Source of the DNA: Eledone cirrhosa
Taxonomy: Eukaryota
DNA length: 64,000 nucleotides
Assembly: GCA_964016885.1 (NCBI GenBank)
Contig: OZ024760.1
Coordinates: forward strand, 30,442,001-30,506,000
Direction: 5' to 3'
Shown: piece after piece, positions 14,401 through 27,400 of the stretch
Layout of the letters: each line of letters opens with the position of its first letter
Position numbering within the stretch: position 1 is the stretch's first letter
Made by a program: the position numbers and the translations under genes
Notes under the pieces: model-generated
Told to the model about the DNA's origin: nothing
Seen by the model: only the letters and a program-made list of their open reading frames with translations
Database searches by the model: none

Positions 14401-14885
14401 ATGTAATGTAATGTAATGTAATGTAATGTAATGTAATATGTAATGTAATGTAATGTAATGTAATGTGTAATGTAATGTAATGTAATGTAATGTAATGTGT
14501 AATGTAATGTAATGTAATGTAATGTAATGTGTAATGTAATGTAATGTAATGTAATGTGTAATGTAATGTAATGTAATGTAATGTAATGTGTAATGTAATG
14601 TAATGTGTAATGTAATGTAATGTATAATGTAATGTAATGTAATGTGTAATGTAATGTAATGTAATGTGTAATGTATTGTAATGTAATGTAATGTGCAATG
14701 TAATGTAATGTAATGTAATGTATAATGTAATGTAATGTAATGTGTAATGTAATGTAATGTAATGTAATGTAATGTGTAATGTAACGTAATGTAATGTAAT
14801 GTGTAATGTAATGTAATGTAATGTAATGTGTAATGTAATGTAATGTAATGTAATGTGTAATGTAATGTATTGTAATGTAATGTAA

Positions 14886-15070
14886 TTGTTTCTAATTTAG
14901 GCACAAGGTCAGCAATTACCCTGTGCATTACTGGTACTTTATTTTATCGACCGCGTAAGGATGAAAAGCAAAGTCAACCTCGGTGGGATTTGAACTCAGA
15001 TCGTAAAGGGACGTAACTATGCTGGAAAGCATGGCGTCCGACCCTCTACCGATACTGCCAATCCACCGCC
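14886..15070 (-). mobile_element. tRNA-derived SINE, copy 5 (type A)
   Basis: Same as copy 3, 6546 bp downstream of it. Confidence 0.88.
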
Positions 15071-17827
15071 GTTTGTAATGTAATGTAATGTAATGCAATG
15101 TAATGTAACGTAATGTAATGTAATGTAATGTAATGTAATGTAATGTAATGTGTAATGTAATGTGATGTAATGTAATGTAATGTAATGTAACGTAATGTAA
15201 TGTAATGTAATGTAATGTAATGTAATGTAATGTAGTGAATATGTAATGTAATGTGTAATGTAATGTGTAACGTAATGTAATGTGTAATGTAATGTAATGT
15301 AATGTAATGTAATGTAATGTAATGTAATGTAATGTGTAATGTAATGTAATGTAATGTAATGTTTAATGTAATGTAACGTAATGTAATGTAATGTAATGTT
15401 TAATGTAATGTAATGTAATGTAACGTGCAATGTAATGTAATGTAATGTAATGTGTAATGTAAAGTAATGTATAATGTAATGTAATGTAATGTAATGTGTA
15501 ATGTAATGTAATGTAATGTAAAGTAATGTAATGTAATGTAATGTAATGTAATGTGTAATGTAATGTAATGTAAAGTAATGTAATGTGTAATGTAACGTAA
15601 TGTAATGTAATGTAATGTGTAATGTAATATAATGTAATGTAATGTAATGTGTAATGTAATGTAATGTGTAATGTAATGTAATGTAATGTAATGTAATGTA
15701 ATGTAATGTAATGTAATGTGTAATGTAATGTAATGTAATGTAATGTGTAATGTAATGTAATGTAATGTAATGTAATGTGTAATGTAATGTAATGTGTAAT
15801 GTAATGTAATGTAATGTAATGTAATGTAATGTAATGTGTAATGTAATGTAATGTAATGTGTAATGTAATGTAATGTAATGTAATGTAATGTAATGTAATG
15901 TAATTTAATGTAATGTAATGTAATGTAATGTAATGTAATGTGTAATGTAAAGTAATGTATAATGTAATGTAATGTAATGTAATGTGTAATGTAATGTAAT
16001 GTAATGTAATGTAATGTAATGTGTAATGTAATGTAATGTAATGTAATGTGTAATGTAACGTAATGTAATGTAATGTAATGTGTAATGTAATGTAATGTGT
16101 AATGTAATGTAATGTAATGTAATGTAATGTGTAATGTAATGTAATGTAATGTAATGTGTAATGTAATGTAATGTAATGTAATGTAATGTAATGAAATGTA
16201 ATGTGTAATGTGTAATGCAATGTAATGTAATGTAATGTAATGTAATGTAATGTAATGTAATGTAATGTAATGTAATGTAATGTAATGTAATGTAATGTAA
16301 TGTGTAATGTAATGTGATGTAATGTAATGTAGTGTAATGTAATGCAATGTAATGTAATGTAATATAATGTAATGTAATGTAATGTAATGTAATGTAATGT
16401 AATGTAATGTAATGTAATGTGTAATGTAACGTAATGTAATGTGTAATGTAATATAATGTAATGTAATATGTAATGTAATGTAATGTTTAATGTAATGTAA
16501 TGTAATATAATGTAATATAATGTAATGTATAATGTAATGGAATGTAATGTAATGTAATGTAATGCAATGTGTAATGTAATGTAATGTAATATAATGTTTA
16601 ATGTAATGTAACGTAATGTAATGTAATGTAATGTGTAATGTAATGTAATGTAATGTAATGTAATGTAATGTAATGTAATGTAATGTAATGTGTAATGTAA
16701 TGTAATGTAATGTAATGTGTAATGTAATGTAACGTAATGTAATGTGTAATGTGTAATGTAATTTAATGTAAAGTAATGTAAGGTAATGTAATGTAATGTA
16801 ACGTAATGTAATGTAATATGTAATGTAATGTAATGTAATGTAATGTAATGTAATGTAATGTAATGTAATGTAATGTAATGTGTAATGTAATGTAATGTAA
16901 TGTAATGTAATGTAATGTAATGTGTAATGTAATGTAATGTGTAATGTAATGTAATGTAATGTAATATAATGTAATATAATGTAATGTATAATGTAATGTA
17001 ATGTAATGCAATGTGTAAGGTAATGTAATGTAATGTAATGTAATGTAATGTAAGGTAATGTGTAATGTGTAATGTAATGTAATGTAAAGTAATGTAATGT
17101 GTAGTGTAATGTAATTTAATGTAATGTAGCGTAATGTGTAATGTAGTGTAATGTAATATAATGTTTAATGTAAAGTAACGTAATGTAATGTAATGTAATG
17201 TGTAATGTAATGTAATGTAATGTGTAATGTAATGTAATGTAATGTAATGTAATGTAATGTGTAATGTGTAATGTAATGTAATGTAATGTAATGTAATGTT
17301 ATGTAATGTAATGTAGTGTAATGTAATGTAATGCAACGTAATATAATGTAATGTAATGTAATGTAATGTGTAATGTAATGTAATGTAATGTGTAATGTAA
17401 TGTAATGTAATGTGTAATGTAATGTAATGTAATGTGTAATGTAATGTAATGTAATGTGTAATGTAATGTAATGTGTAATGTAATGTAATGTTATGTAATG
17501 TAATGTATAATGTAATGTAATGTAATGTAATGTAATGTGTAATGTAATGTAATGTAGTGTAATGTATAATGTAATGTAATGTGTAATGTAATGTAATGTA
17601 ATGTGTAATGTAATGTAATGTAATGTAATGTAATGTGCAATGTAATGTAATGTAATGTAATGTGTAATGTAATGTAATGTATAATGTAATGTAATGTAAT
17701 GTACTGTGTAATGTAATGTAATGTAATGTAATGTGTAATGTAATGTAATGTAATGTAATGTAATGTAATGTGTAATGTAATGTAATGTAATGTAATGTGT
17801 AATGTAATGTATCGTAATGTAATGTAA

Positions 17828-18012
17828 TTGTTTCTAATTTAGGCACAAGGTCAGCAATTACCCTGTGCATTACTGGTACTTTATTTTATCGACCCCGTAA
17901 GGATGAAAAGCAAAGTCAACCTCGGTGGGATTTGAACTCAGATCGTAAAGGGACGTAACTATGCTGGAAAGCATGGCGTCCGACCCTCTACCGATACTGC
18001 CAATCCACCGCC
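17828..18012 (-). mobile_element. tRNA-derived SINE, copy 6 (type B)
   Basis: Same as copy 4, 6546 bp downstream of it. Confidence 0.88.
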
Positions 18013-21000
18013 GTTTGTGATGTAATGTAATGTAATGTAATGTTTAATGTAATGTAATGTAATATGTAATGTAATGTAATGTAATGAAAATGTAATATAA
18101 TGTGTAATGTAATGTGTAATGTAATGCAATGTGTAATGTAATGTAATGTAATGTAATGTAATGTGTAATGTAATGTAATGTAATGTAATGTAATGTAATG
18201 TAATGTAATGTTTAATGTAATGTAACGTAATGTAATGTAATGTAATGTTTAATGTAATGTAATGTAACGTAACGTAATGTAATGTAATGTAATGTAATGT
18301 AATGTAATGTAATGTAATATAATGAAGTGTAATGTAATGTAATGAAATGTAATGTAATGTGTAATGTAATGTAGTGTAGTGTAATGTAATGAAATGTAAT
18401 GTAATGTAATGTAATGTAATGTAATGTAATGTAATGTAATGTAATGTAATGTAATGTGATGTAATGTAACGTGTAATGTAATGTAATGTAATGTGAAATG
18501 TAATGTAATGTAATGTAATATGTAATGTAATGTAATGTTTAATGTAATTTAATGTAATGTAATGTAACGTGTAATATAATGTAAAGTAATGTAATGTAAT
18601 GTAATATAATGTAATATAATGTAATGTCTAAAGTAATGTAATGTAATGTAATGCAATGCAATGTGTAATGTAATGTAATGTAATGTAATGTAATGTAATG
18701 TAATGTAATGTAATGTGTAATGTAATGTAATGTAATATAATGTTTAATGTAATGTAACGTAATGTAATGTAATGTAATGTGTAATGTAATGTAATGTAAT
18801 GTAATGTAATGTAATGTGTAATGTAATGTAATGTAATGTAATGTGTAATGTAATGTAATGTAATGTGTAATGTGTAATGTGTAATGTGTAATGTAATTTA
18901 ATGTAATGTAATGTAATGTAATGTAACGTAACGTAATGTAATGTAATGTAATGTAATGTAATGTAATGTAATGTAATGTAATGTAATGTGTAATGTAATG
19001 TAATGTAATGTAACGTAATATAACGTGTAATGTAATGTAATGTAATGTAATGTAATGTTATGTAATGTAATGTAATGTAATGTAATGTAATGTGTAATGT
19101 AATGTAATGTAATGTAATGTAATGTAATGTGTAATGTAATGTAATGTGTAATGTAATGTGTAATGTAATGTAACGTAATGTAATGTAATGTAATGTAATG
19201 TAATATGTAATGTAATGTAATGTAATGTAATTTAATGTAATGTCTAATGTAATGTAATGTAATGTAATGTAATGTAATGTGTAATGTAATGTAATGTTAA
19301 GTAATGTAATGTGTAATGTAATGCAATGTAATATAATGTAATGTGTCATGTAGTGTATCGTAATGTAATGTAATGTAATGTAATATGTAATGTAATGTAA
19401 TGTGTAATGTAATGTAATGTAATGTAATGTGTAATGTAATGTAATGTAATGTAATGTAATGTAATGTAATGTGTAATGTAATGTAATGTAATGTAATGTG
19501 TAATGTAATGTAATGTGTAACGTAACGTAATGTAATGTAATGTAATGTAATGTAATGTAATGTAATGTAATGTAATGTAATGTAATGTAATGTGTAATGT
19601 AATGTAATGTAATGTAATGTAATGTGTAATGTAATGTAATGTAATCTAATGTAATGTGTAATGTAATGTAATGTAATGTAATGTAATGTAATGTAATGTA
19701 ATGTAATGTAATGTAATGTGTAACGTAATGTAATGTAATGTAATGTAACGTAATGTAATGTAATGTAATGTAATGTAATGTAATGTGTAATGTAATGTAA
19801 TGTAATGTAATGTAAAGTAATGTAATGAAATGTAATGTGTAATGTGTAATGCAATGCAATGTAATGTAATGTAATGTAATGTAATGTAATGTAATGTAAT
19901 GTAATGTAATGTAATGTAATGTAATGTAATGTAATGTGTAATGTAATGTAATGTAATGTAATGTAATGTAATGTAATGCAATGCAATGTAATGTAATGTA
20001 ATGTAATGTAATGTAATGTAATGTAATGTAATGTAATGTAATGTGTAATGTGTAATGTAATGTAATGTAATGTAATGTGTATTGTAATGTAATGTAATGT
20101 GTAATGTAATGTAATGTAATGTGTAATGTAATGTAATGTGTAATGTAATGTAATGTGTAATGTAATGTAATGTTATGTAATGTAATGTATAATGTAATGT
20201 AATGTAATGTAATGTGTAATGTAATGTAATGTTATGTAATGTAATGTATAATGTAATGTAATGTAATGTAATATGTAATGTAATGTAATGTGTAATGTAG
20301 TGTAATGTAATGTAATGTAATATGTAATGTAATGTAATGTAATGTGTAATGTAATGTAATGTAATGTGATGTAACGTGCAATGTAATGTAATGTAATGTA
20401 ATGTGTAATGTAATGTAATGTAATGTAATGTAATGCAATGTAATGTAATGTAATGTAATGTAATGTAATGTAATGTAATGTAATGTAATGTAATGTAATG
20501 TGTAATGTAATGTAATGTAATATAATGTAATGTAATGTAATGTAATGTGTAATGTAATGTAATGTAATGTAATGTGCAATGTAATGTGATGTAATGTAAT
20601 GTGTAATGTAAAGTAATGTATAATGTAATGTAATGTAATGTAATGTAATGTGTAATGTAATGTAATGTAATGTAATGTGTAATGTAATGTAATGTAATGT
20701 GTAATGTAATGTAATGTAATGTAATGTGTAATGTAATGTAATGTAATGTAATGTAATGTAATGTAATGTAATGTGTAATGTAATGCAATGTAATGTAATG
20801 TAATGCAATGTAATGTAATGTAATGTAATGTAATGTAATGTAATGAAATGTGATGTGTAATGTGTAATGCAATGTAATGTAACGTAATGTAATGTAATGT
20901 AATGTAATGTAATGTAATGTAATGTAATGTAATGTAATGTAATGTAATGTAATGTAATGTAATGTAATGTAATGTAATGTAATATGTAATGTAATGTAAT

Positions 21001-21377
21001 GTAATGTAATGTGTAATGTAATGTAATGTAATGTAATGTAATGTGTAATGTAATGTAATGTAATGTAATGTAATGTGTAATGTAATGTAATGTAATGTAA
21101 TGTGTAATGTAATGTAATGTAATGTAATGTAATGTGTAATGTAATGTAATGTGTAATGTAATGTAATGTATAATGTAATGTAATGTAATGTGTAATGTAA
21201 TGTAATGTAATGTGTAATGTATTGTAATGTAATGTAATGTGCAATGTAATGTAATGTAATGTAATGTATAATGTAATGTAATGTAATGTGTAATGTAATG
21301 TAATGTAATGTAATGTAATGTGTAATGTAATGTAATGTAATGTAATGTGTAATGTAATGTATTGTAATGTAATGTAA

Positions 21378-21562
21378 TTGTTTCTAATTTAGGCACAAGG
21401 TCAGCAATTACCCTGTGCATTACTGGTACTTTATTTTATCGACCGCGTAAGGATGAAAAGCAAAGTCAACCTCGGTGGGATTTGAACTCAGATCGTAAAG
21501 GGACGTAACTATGCTGGAAAGCATGGCGTCCGACCCTCTACCGATACTGCCAATCCACCGCC
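21378..21562 (-). mobile_element. tRNA-derived SINE, copy 7 (type A)
   Basis: Same as copy 5, 6492 bp downstream of it. Confidence 0.88.
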
Positions 21563-24279
21563 GTTTGTAATGTAATGTAATGTAATGCAATGTAATGTAA
21601 CGTAATGTAATGTAATGTAATGTAATGTAATGTAATGTAATGTGTAATGTAATGTGATGTAATGTAATGTAATGTAATGTAACGTAATGTAATGTAATGT
21701 AATGTAATGTAATGTAATGTAATGTAGTGAATATGTAATGTAATGTGTAATGTAATGTGTAACGTAATGTAATGTGTAATGTAATGTAATGTAATGTAAT
21801 GTAATGTAATGTAATGTAATGTGTAATGTAATGTAATGTAATGTAATGTTTAATGTAATGTAACGTAATGTAATGTAATGTAATGTTTAATGTAATGTAA
21901 TGTAATGTAACGTGCAATGTAATGTAATGTAATGTAATGTGTAATGTAAAGTAATGTATAATGTAATGTAATGTAATGTAATGTGTAATGTAATGTAATG
22001 TAATGTAAAGTAATGTAATGTAATGTAATGTAATGTAATGTGTAATGTAATGTAATGTAAAGTAATGTAATGTGTAATGTAACGTAATGTAATGTAATGT
22101 AATGTGTAATGTAATATAATGTAATGTAATGTAATGTGTAATGTAATGTAATGTGTAATGTAATGTAATGTAATGTAATGTAATGTAATGTAATGTAATG
22201 TAATGTGTAATGTAATGTAATGTAATGTAATGTGTAATGTAATGTAATGTAATGTAATGTAATGTGTAATGTAATGTAATGTGTAATGTAATGTAATGTA
22301 ATGTAATGTAATGTAATGTGTAATGTAATGTAATGTAATGTGTAATGTAATGTAATGTAATGTAATGTAATGTAATGTAATGTAATTTAATGTAATGTAA
22401 TGTAATGTAATGTAATGTAATGTGTAATGTAAAGTAATGTATAATGTAATGTAATGTAATGTAATGTGTAATGTAATGTAATGTAATGTAATGTGTAATG
22501 TAATGTAATGTAATGTAATGTGTAATGTAACGTAATGTAATGTAATGTAATGTGTAATGTAATGTAATGTGTAATGTAATGTAATGTAATGTAATGTAAT
22601 GTGTAATGTAATGTAATGTAATGTAATGTGTAATGTAATGTAATGTAATGTAATGTAATGTAATGAAATGTAATGTGTAATGTGTAATGCAATGTAATGT
22701 AATGTAATGTAATGTAATGTAATGTAATGTAATGTAATGTAATGTAATGTAATGTAATGTAATGTAATGTGTAATGTAATGTGATGTAATGTAATGTAGT
22801 GTAATGTAATGCAATGTAATGTAATGTAATATAATGTAATGTAATGTAATGTAATGTAATGTAATGTAATGTAATGTAATGTAATGTGTAATGTAACGTA
22901 ATGTAATGTGTAATGTAATATAATGTAATGTAATATGTAATGTAATGTAATGTTTAATGTAATGTAATGTAATATAATGTAATATAATGTAATGTATAAT
23001 GTAATGGAATGTAATGTAATGTAATGTAATGCAATGTGTAATGTAATGTAATATAATGTTTAATGTAATGTAACGTAATGTAATGTAATGTAATGTGTAA
23101 TGTAATGTAATGTAATGTAATGTAATGTAATGTAATGTAATGTAATGTGTAATGTAATGTAATGTAATGTAATGTGTAATGTAATGTAACGTAATGTAAT
23201 GTGTAATGTGTAATGTAATTTAATGTAAAGTAATGTAAGGTAATGTAATGTAATGTAACGTAATGTAATGTAATATGTAATGTAATGTAATGTAATGTAA
23301 TGTAATGTAATGTAATGTAATGTAATGTAATGTAATGTGTAATGTAATGTAATGTAATGTAATGTAATGTAATGTGTAATGTAATGTAATGTGTAATGTA
23401 ATGTAATGTAATGTAATATAATGTAATATAATGTAATGTATAATGTAATGTAATGTAATGCAATGTGTAAGGTAATGTAATGTAATGTAATGTAATGTAA
23501 TGTAAGGTAATGTGTAATGTGTAATGTAATGTAATGTAAAGTAATGTAATGTGTAGTGTAATGTAATTTAATGTAATGTAGCGTAATGTGTAATGTAGTG
23601 TAATGTAATATAATGTTTAATGTAAAGTAACGTAATGTAATGTAATGTAATGTGTAATGTAATGTAATGTAATGTGTAATGTAATGTAATGTAATGTAAT
23701 GTAATGTAATGTGTAATGTGTAATGTAATGTAATGTAATGTAATGTAATGTTATGTAATGTAATGTAGTGTAATGTAATGTAATGCAACGTAATATAATG
23801 TAATGTAATGTAATGTAATGTGTAATGTAATGTAATGTAATGTGTAATGTAATGTAATGTAATGTGTAATGTAATGTAATGTAATGTGTAATGTAATGTA
23901 ATGTAATGTGTAATGTAATGTAATGTGTAATGTAATGTAATGTTATGTAATGTAATGTATAATGTAATGTAATGTAATGTAATGTAATGTGTAATGTAAT
24001 GTAATGTAGTGTAATGTATAATGTAATGTAATGTGTAATGTAATGTAATGTAATGTGTAATGTAATGTAATGTAATGTAATGTAATGTGCAATGTAATGT
24101 AATGTAATGTAATGTGTAATGTAATGTAATGTATAATGTAATGTAATGTAATGTACTGTGTAATGTAATGTAATGTAATGTAATGTGTAATGTAATGTAA
24201 TGTAATGTAATGTAATGTAATGTGTAATGTAATGTAATGTAATGTAATGTGTAATGTAATGTATCGTAATGTAATGTAA

Positions 24280-24464
24280 TTGTTTCTAATTTAGGCACAA
24301 GGTCAGCAATTACCCTGTGCATTACTGGTACTTTATTTTATCGACCCCGTAAGGATGAAAAGCAAAGTCAACCTCGGTGGGATTTGAACTCAGATCGTAA
24401 AGGGACGTAACTATGCTGGAAAGCATGGCGTCCGACCCTCTACCGATACTGCCAATCCACCGCC
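24280..24464 (-). mobile_element. tRNA-derived SINE, copy 8 (type B)
   Basis: Same as copy 6, 6452 bp downstream of it. Confidence 0.88.
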
Positions 24465-27400
24465 GTTTGTGATGTAATGTAATGTAATGTAATGTTTAAT
24501 GTAATGTAATGTAATATGTAATGTAATGTAATGTAATGAAAATGTAATATAATGTGTAATGTAATGTGTAATGTAATGCAATGTGTAATGTAATGTAATG
24601 TAATGTAATGTAATGTGTAATGTAATGTAATGTAATGTAATGTAATGTAATGTAATGTAATGTTTAATGTAATGTAACGTAATGTAATGTAATGTAATGT
24701 TTAATGTAATGTAATGTAACGTAACGTAATGTAATGTAATGTAATGTAATGTAATGTAATGTAATGTAATGTAATAAAATGAAGTGTAATGTAATGTAAT
24801 GAAATGTAATGTAATGTGTAATGTAATGTAGTGTAGTGTAATGTAATGAAATGTAATGTAATGTAATGTAATGTAATGTAATGTAATGTAATGTAATGTA
24901 ATGTAATGTAATGTGATGTAATGTAACGTGTAATGTAATGTAATGTAATGTGAAATGTAATGTAATGTAATGTAATATGTAATGTAATGTAATGTTTAAT
25001 GTAATTTAATGTAATGTAATGTAACGTGTAATATAATGTAAAGTAATGTAATGTAATGTAATATAATGTAATATAATGTAATGTCTAAAGTAATGTAATG
25101 TAATGTAATGTAATGCAATGTGTAATGTAATGTAATGTAATGTAATGTAATGTAATGTAATGTGTAATGTAATGTAATGTAATATAATGTTTAATGTAAT
25201 GTAACGTAATGTAATGTAATGTAATGTGTAATGTAATGTAATGTAATGTAATGTAATGTAATGTGTAATGTAATGTAATGTAATGTAATGTGTAATGTAA
25301 TGTAATGTAATGTGTAATGTGTAATGTGTAATGTAATTTAATGTAATGTAATGTAATGTAATGTAATGTAATGTAATGTAATGTAAAGTAATGTAATGTA
25401 ATGTAACGTAATGTAACGTAATGTAATGTAATGTGTAATGTAATGTAATGTAATGTAATGTAATGTAATGTAATGTAATGTAAAGTAATGTGTAATGTAA
25501 TGTTGTGTAATGTAATGTAATGTAATGTAATGTGTAATGTAATGTAATGTAATATAATGTAATGTAATGTAATGTAATGTGTAATGTAATGTAATGTAAT
25601 GTAATGTAATGTAATGTAATGTAATGTGTAATGTAATGTAATGTAATGTAATGTAATGTAATGTAATGTAATGTAATTTAATGTAATGTAATGTAATGTA
25701 ATGTAATGTAATGTAATGTAATGCAATATGTAATGTAATGTAATGTAATTTAATGTAATGTCTAATGTAATGTAATGTAATGTAATGTAATGTAATATAA
25801 TGTAATGTAATGTGTAATGTAATGTAATGTAATGTAATGTAATGTGTAATGTAATGTAATGTAATGTAATGTAATGTAATGTAATGTAATGTAATGTGTC
25901 ATGTAGTGTAATGTAATGTAATATGTAATGTAATGTAATGTGTAATGTATTGTAATGTAATGTAATGTGTAATGTAGTGTAATGTAATGTAATGTAATGT
26001 AATGTGTAAAGTAATGTAATGTGTAATGTAATGTAATGTAATGTAATGTAATGTAATGTAATGCAATGTAATGTAATGTAATGTAGTGTAATGTGTAATG
26101 TAATGTAATGTAATGTAATGTAATGTAATGTTTAATGTAATGTAATGTGTAATGTTTAATGTAATGTAATGTAATGTGTAATGTAATGTAAGGTAATGTA
26201 ATGTAATGTGTAATGTAACGTAATGTAATGTAATGTAATGTGTAATGTAATGTAATGTAATGTGTAATGTAATGTAATGTAATGTAATATATAATGTAAT
26301 GTAATGTAATGTGTAATGTAATGTAATGTAATGTGTAATGTAATGTAATGTAATGTAATGTAATGTAATGTATAATGTAATGTAATGTAACGTAATGTGT
26401 AATGTAATGTAATGTAATGTAATGTGTAATGTAATGTAATGTAGTGTAATGTATAATGTAATGTAATGTAATGCAATGCAATGCAATGTAATGTAATGTA
26501 ATGTAATGTAATGTAATGTAATGTAATGTAATGTAATGTAATGTAATGTGTAATGTAATGTAATGTAATGTGTAATGTAATGTAATGTAATGTAATGTAA
26601 TGTAACGTAATGTGTAATGTAATGTAATGTAATGTAATGTAATGTAAATTAATGTAATGTAATGTAATGTGTAATGTGTAATGCAATGTAATGTAATGTA
26701 ATGTAATGTAATGTAATGTAATGTAATGTAATGTAATGCAATGTAATGTATTGTAATGTAATGTAATGTAATGTGTAATGTAATGTAATGTAATGTAATG
26801 TGTAATGTAATGTAATGAAATGTCATGTAATGTGTAATGTAATGTAATGTAATGTGTAACGTAATGTAATGTAATGTAATGTGTAATGTAATGTAATGTA
26901 ATGTAATGTAACGTGTAAGGTAATGTGTAATGTAATGTAATGTAATGTTATGTAATGTAATGTATAATGTAATGTAATGTAATGTAATGTAATGTAATGT
27001 AATGTAATGTGTAATGTAATGTAATGTAATGTGTAATGTATTGTAATGTAATGTAATGTAATGTGTAATGTAATGTAATGTAATGTAATGTAATGTGTAA
27101 TGTACTGTAATGTAATGTAATGTAATGTAATGTAATGTAAAGTGTAATGTAATGTAATGTAATGTAATGTAATGTGCAATGTAATGTAATGTAATGTAAT
27201 GTGTAATGTAATGTAATGTATAATGTAATGTAATGAAATGTAATGTTTAATGTAATGTAATGTAATGTAATGTAATGTAATGTAATGTGTAATGTAATGT
27301 AATGTAATGTAATGTGTAATGTAATGTAATGTAATGTAACGTGTAATGTAACGTAATGTAATGTAATGTGTAATGTAATGCAATGTGTAACGTAATGTAA

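Larger units (their letters stand above)
1020..25380. repeat. ~6.5-kb higher-order repeat (about 4 units), each unit made of satellite, SINE-A, satellite, SINE-B
   Basis: SINE spacings are B-B 6546, 6546, 6452 and A-A 5017, 6546, 6492. Rare variants (GTTAAG, GTGTCATGTAGTG, TAGCG, GGAATG, GTACTG) recur at the same period. Boundaries are approximate. Confidence 0.93.

Noticed and set aside
3323-24464. CRISPR-like array of regularly spaced identical repeats
   Set aside because: The repeated unit is 185 bp, the intervening DNA is kb-long satellite rather than unique spacers, and there are no cas genes.
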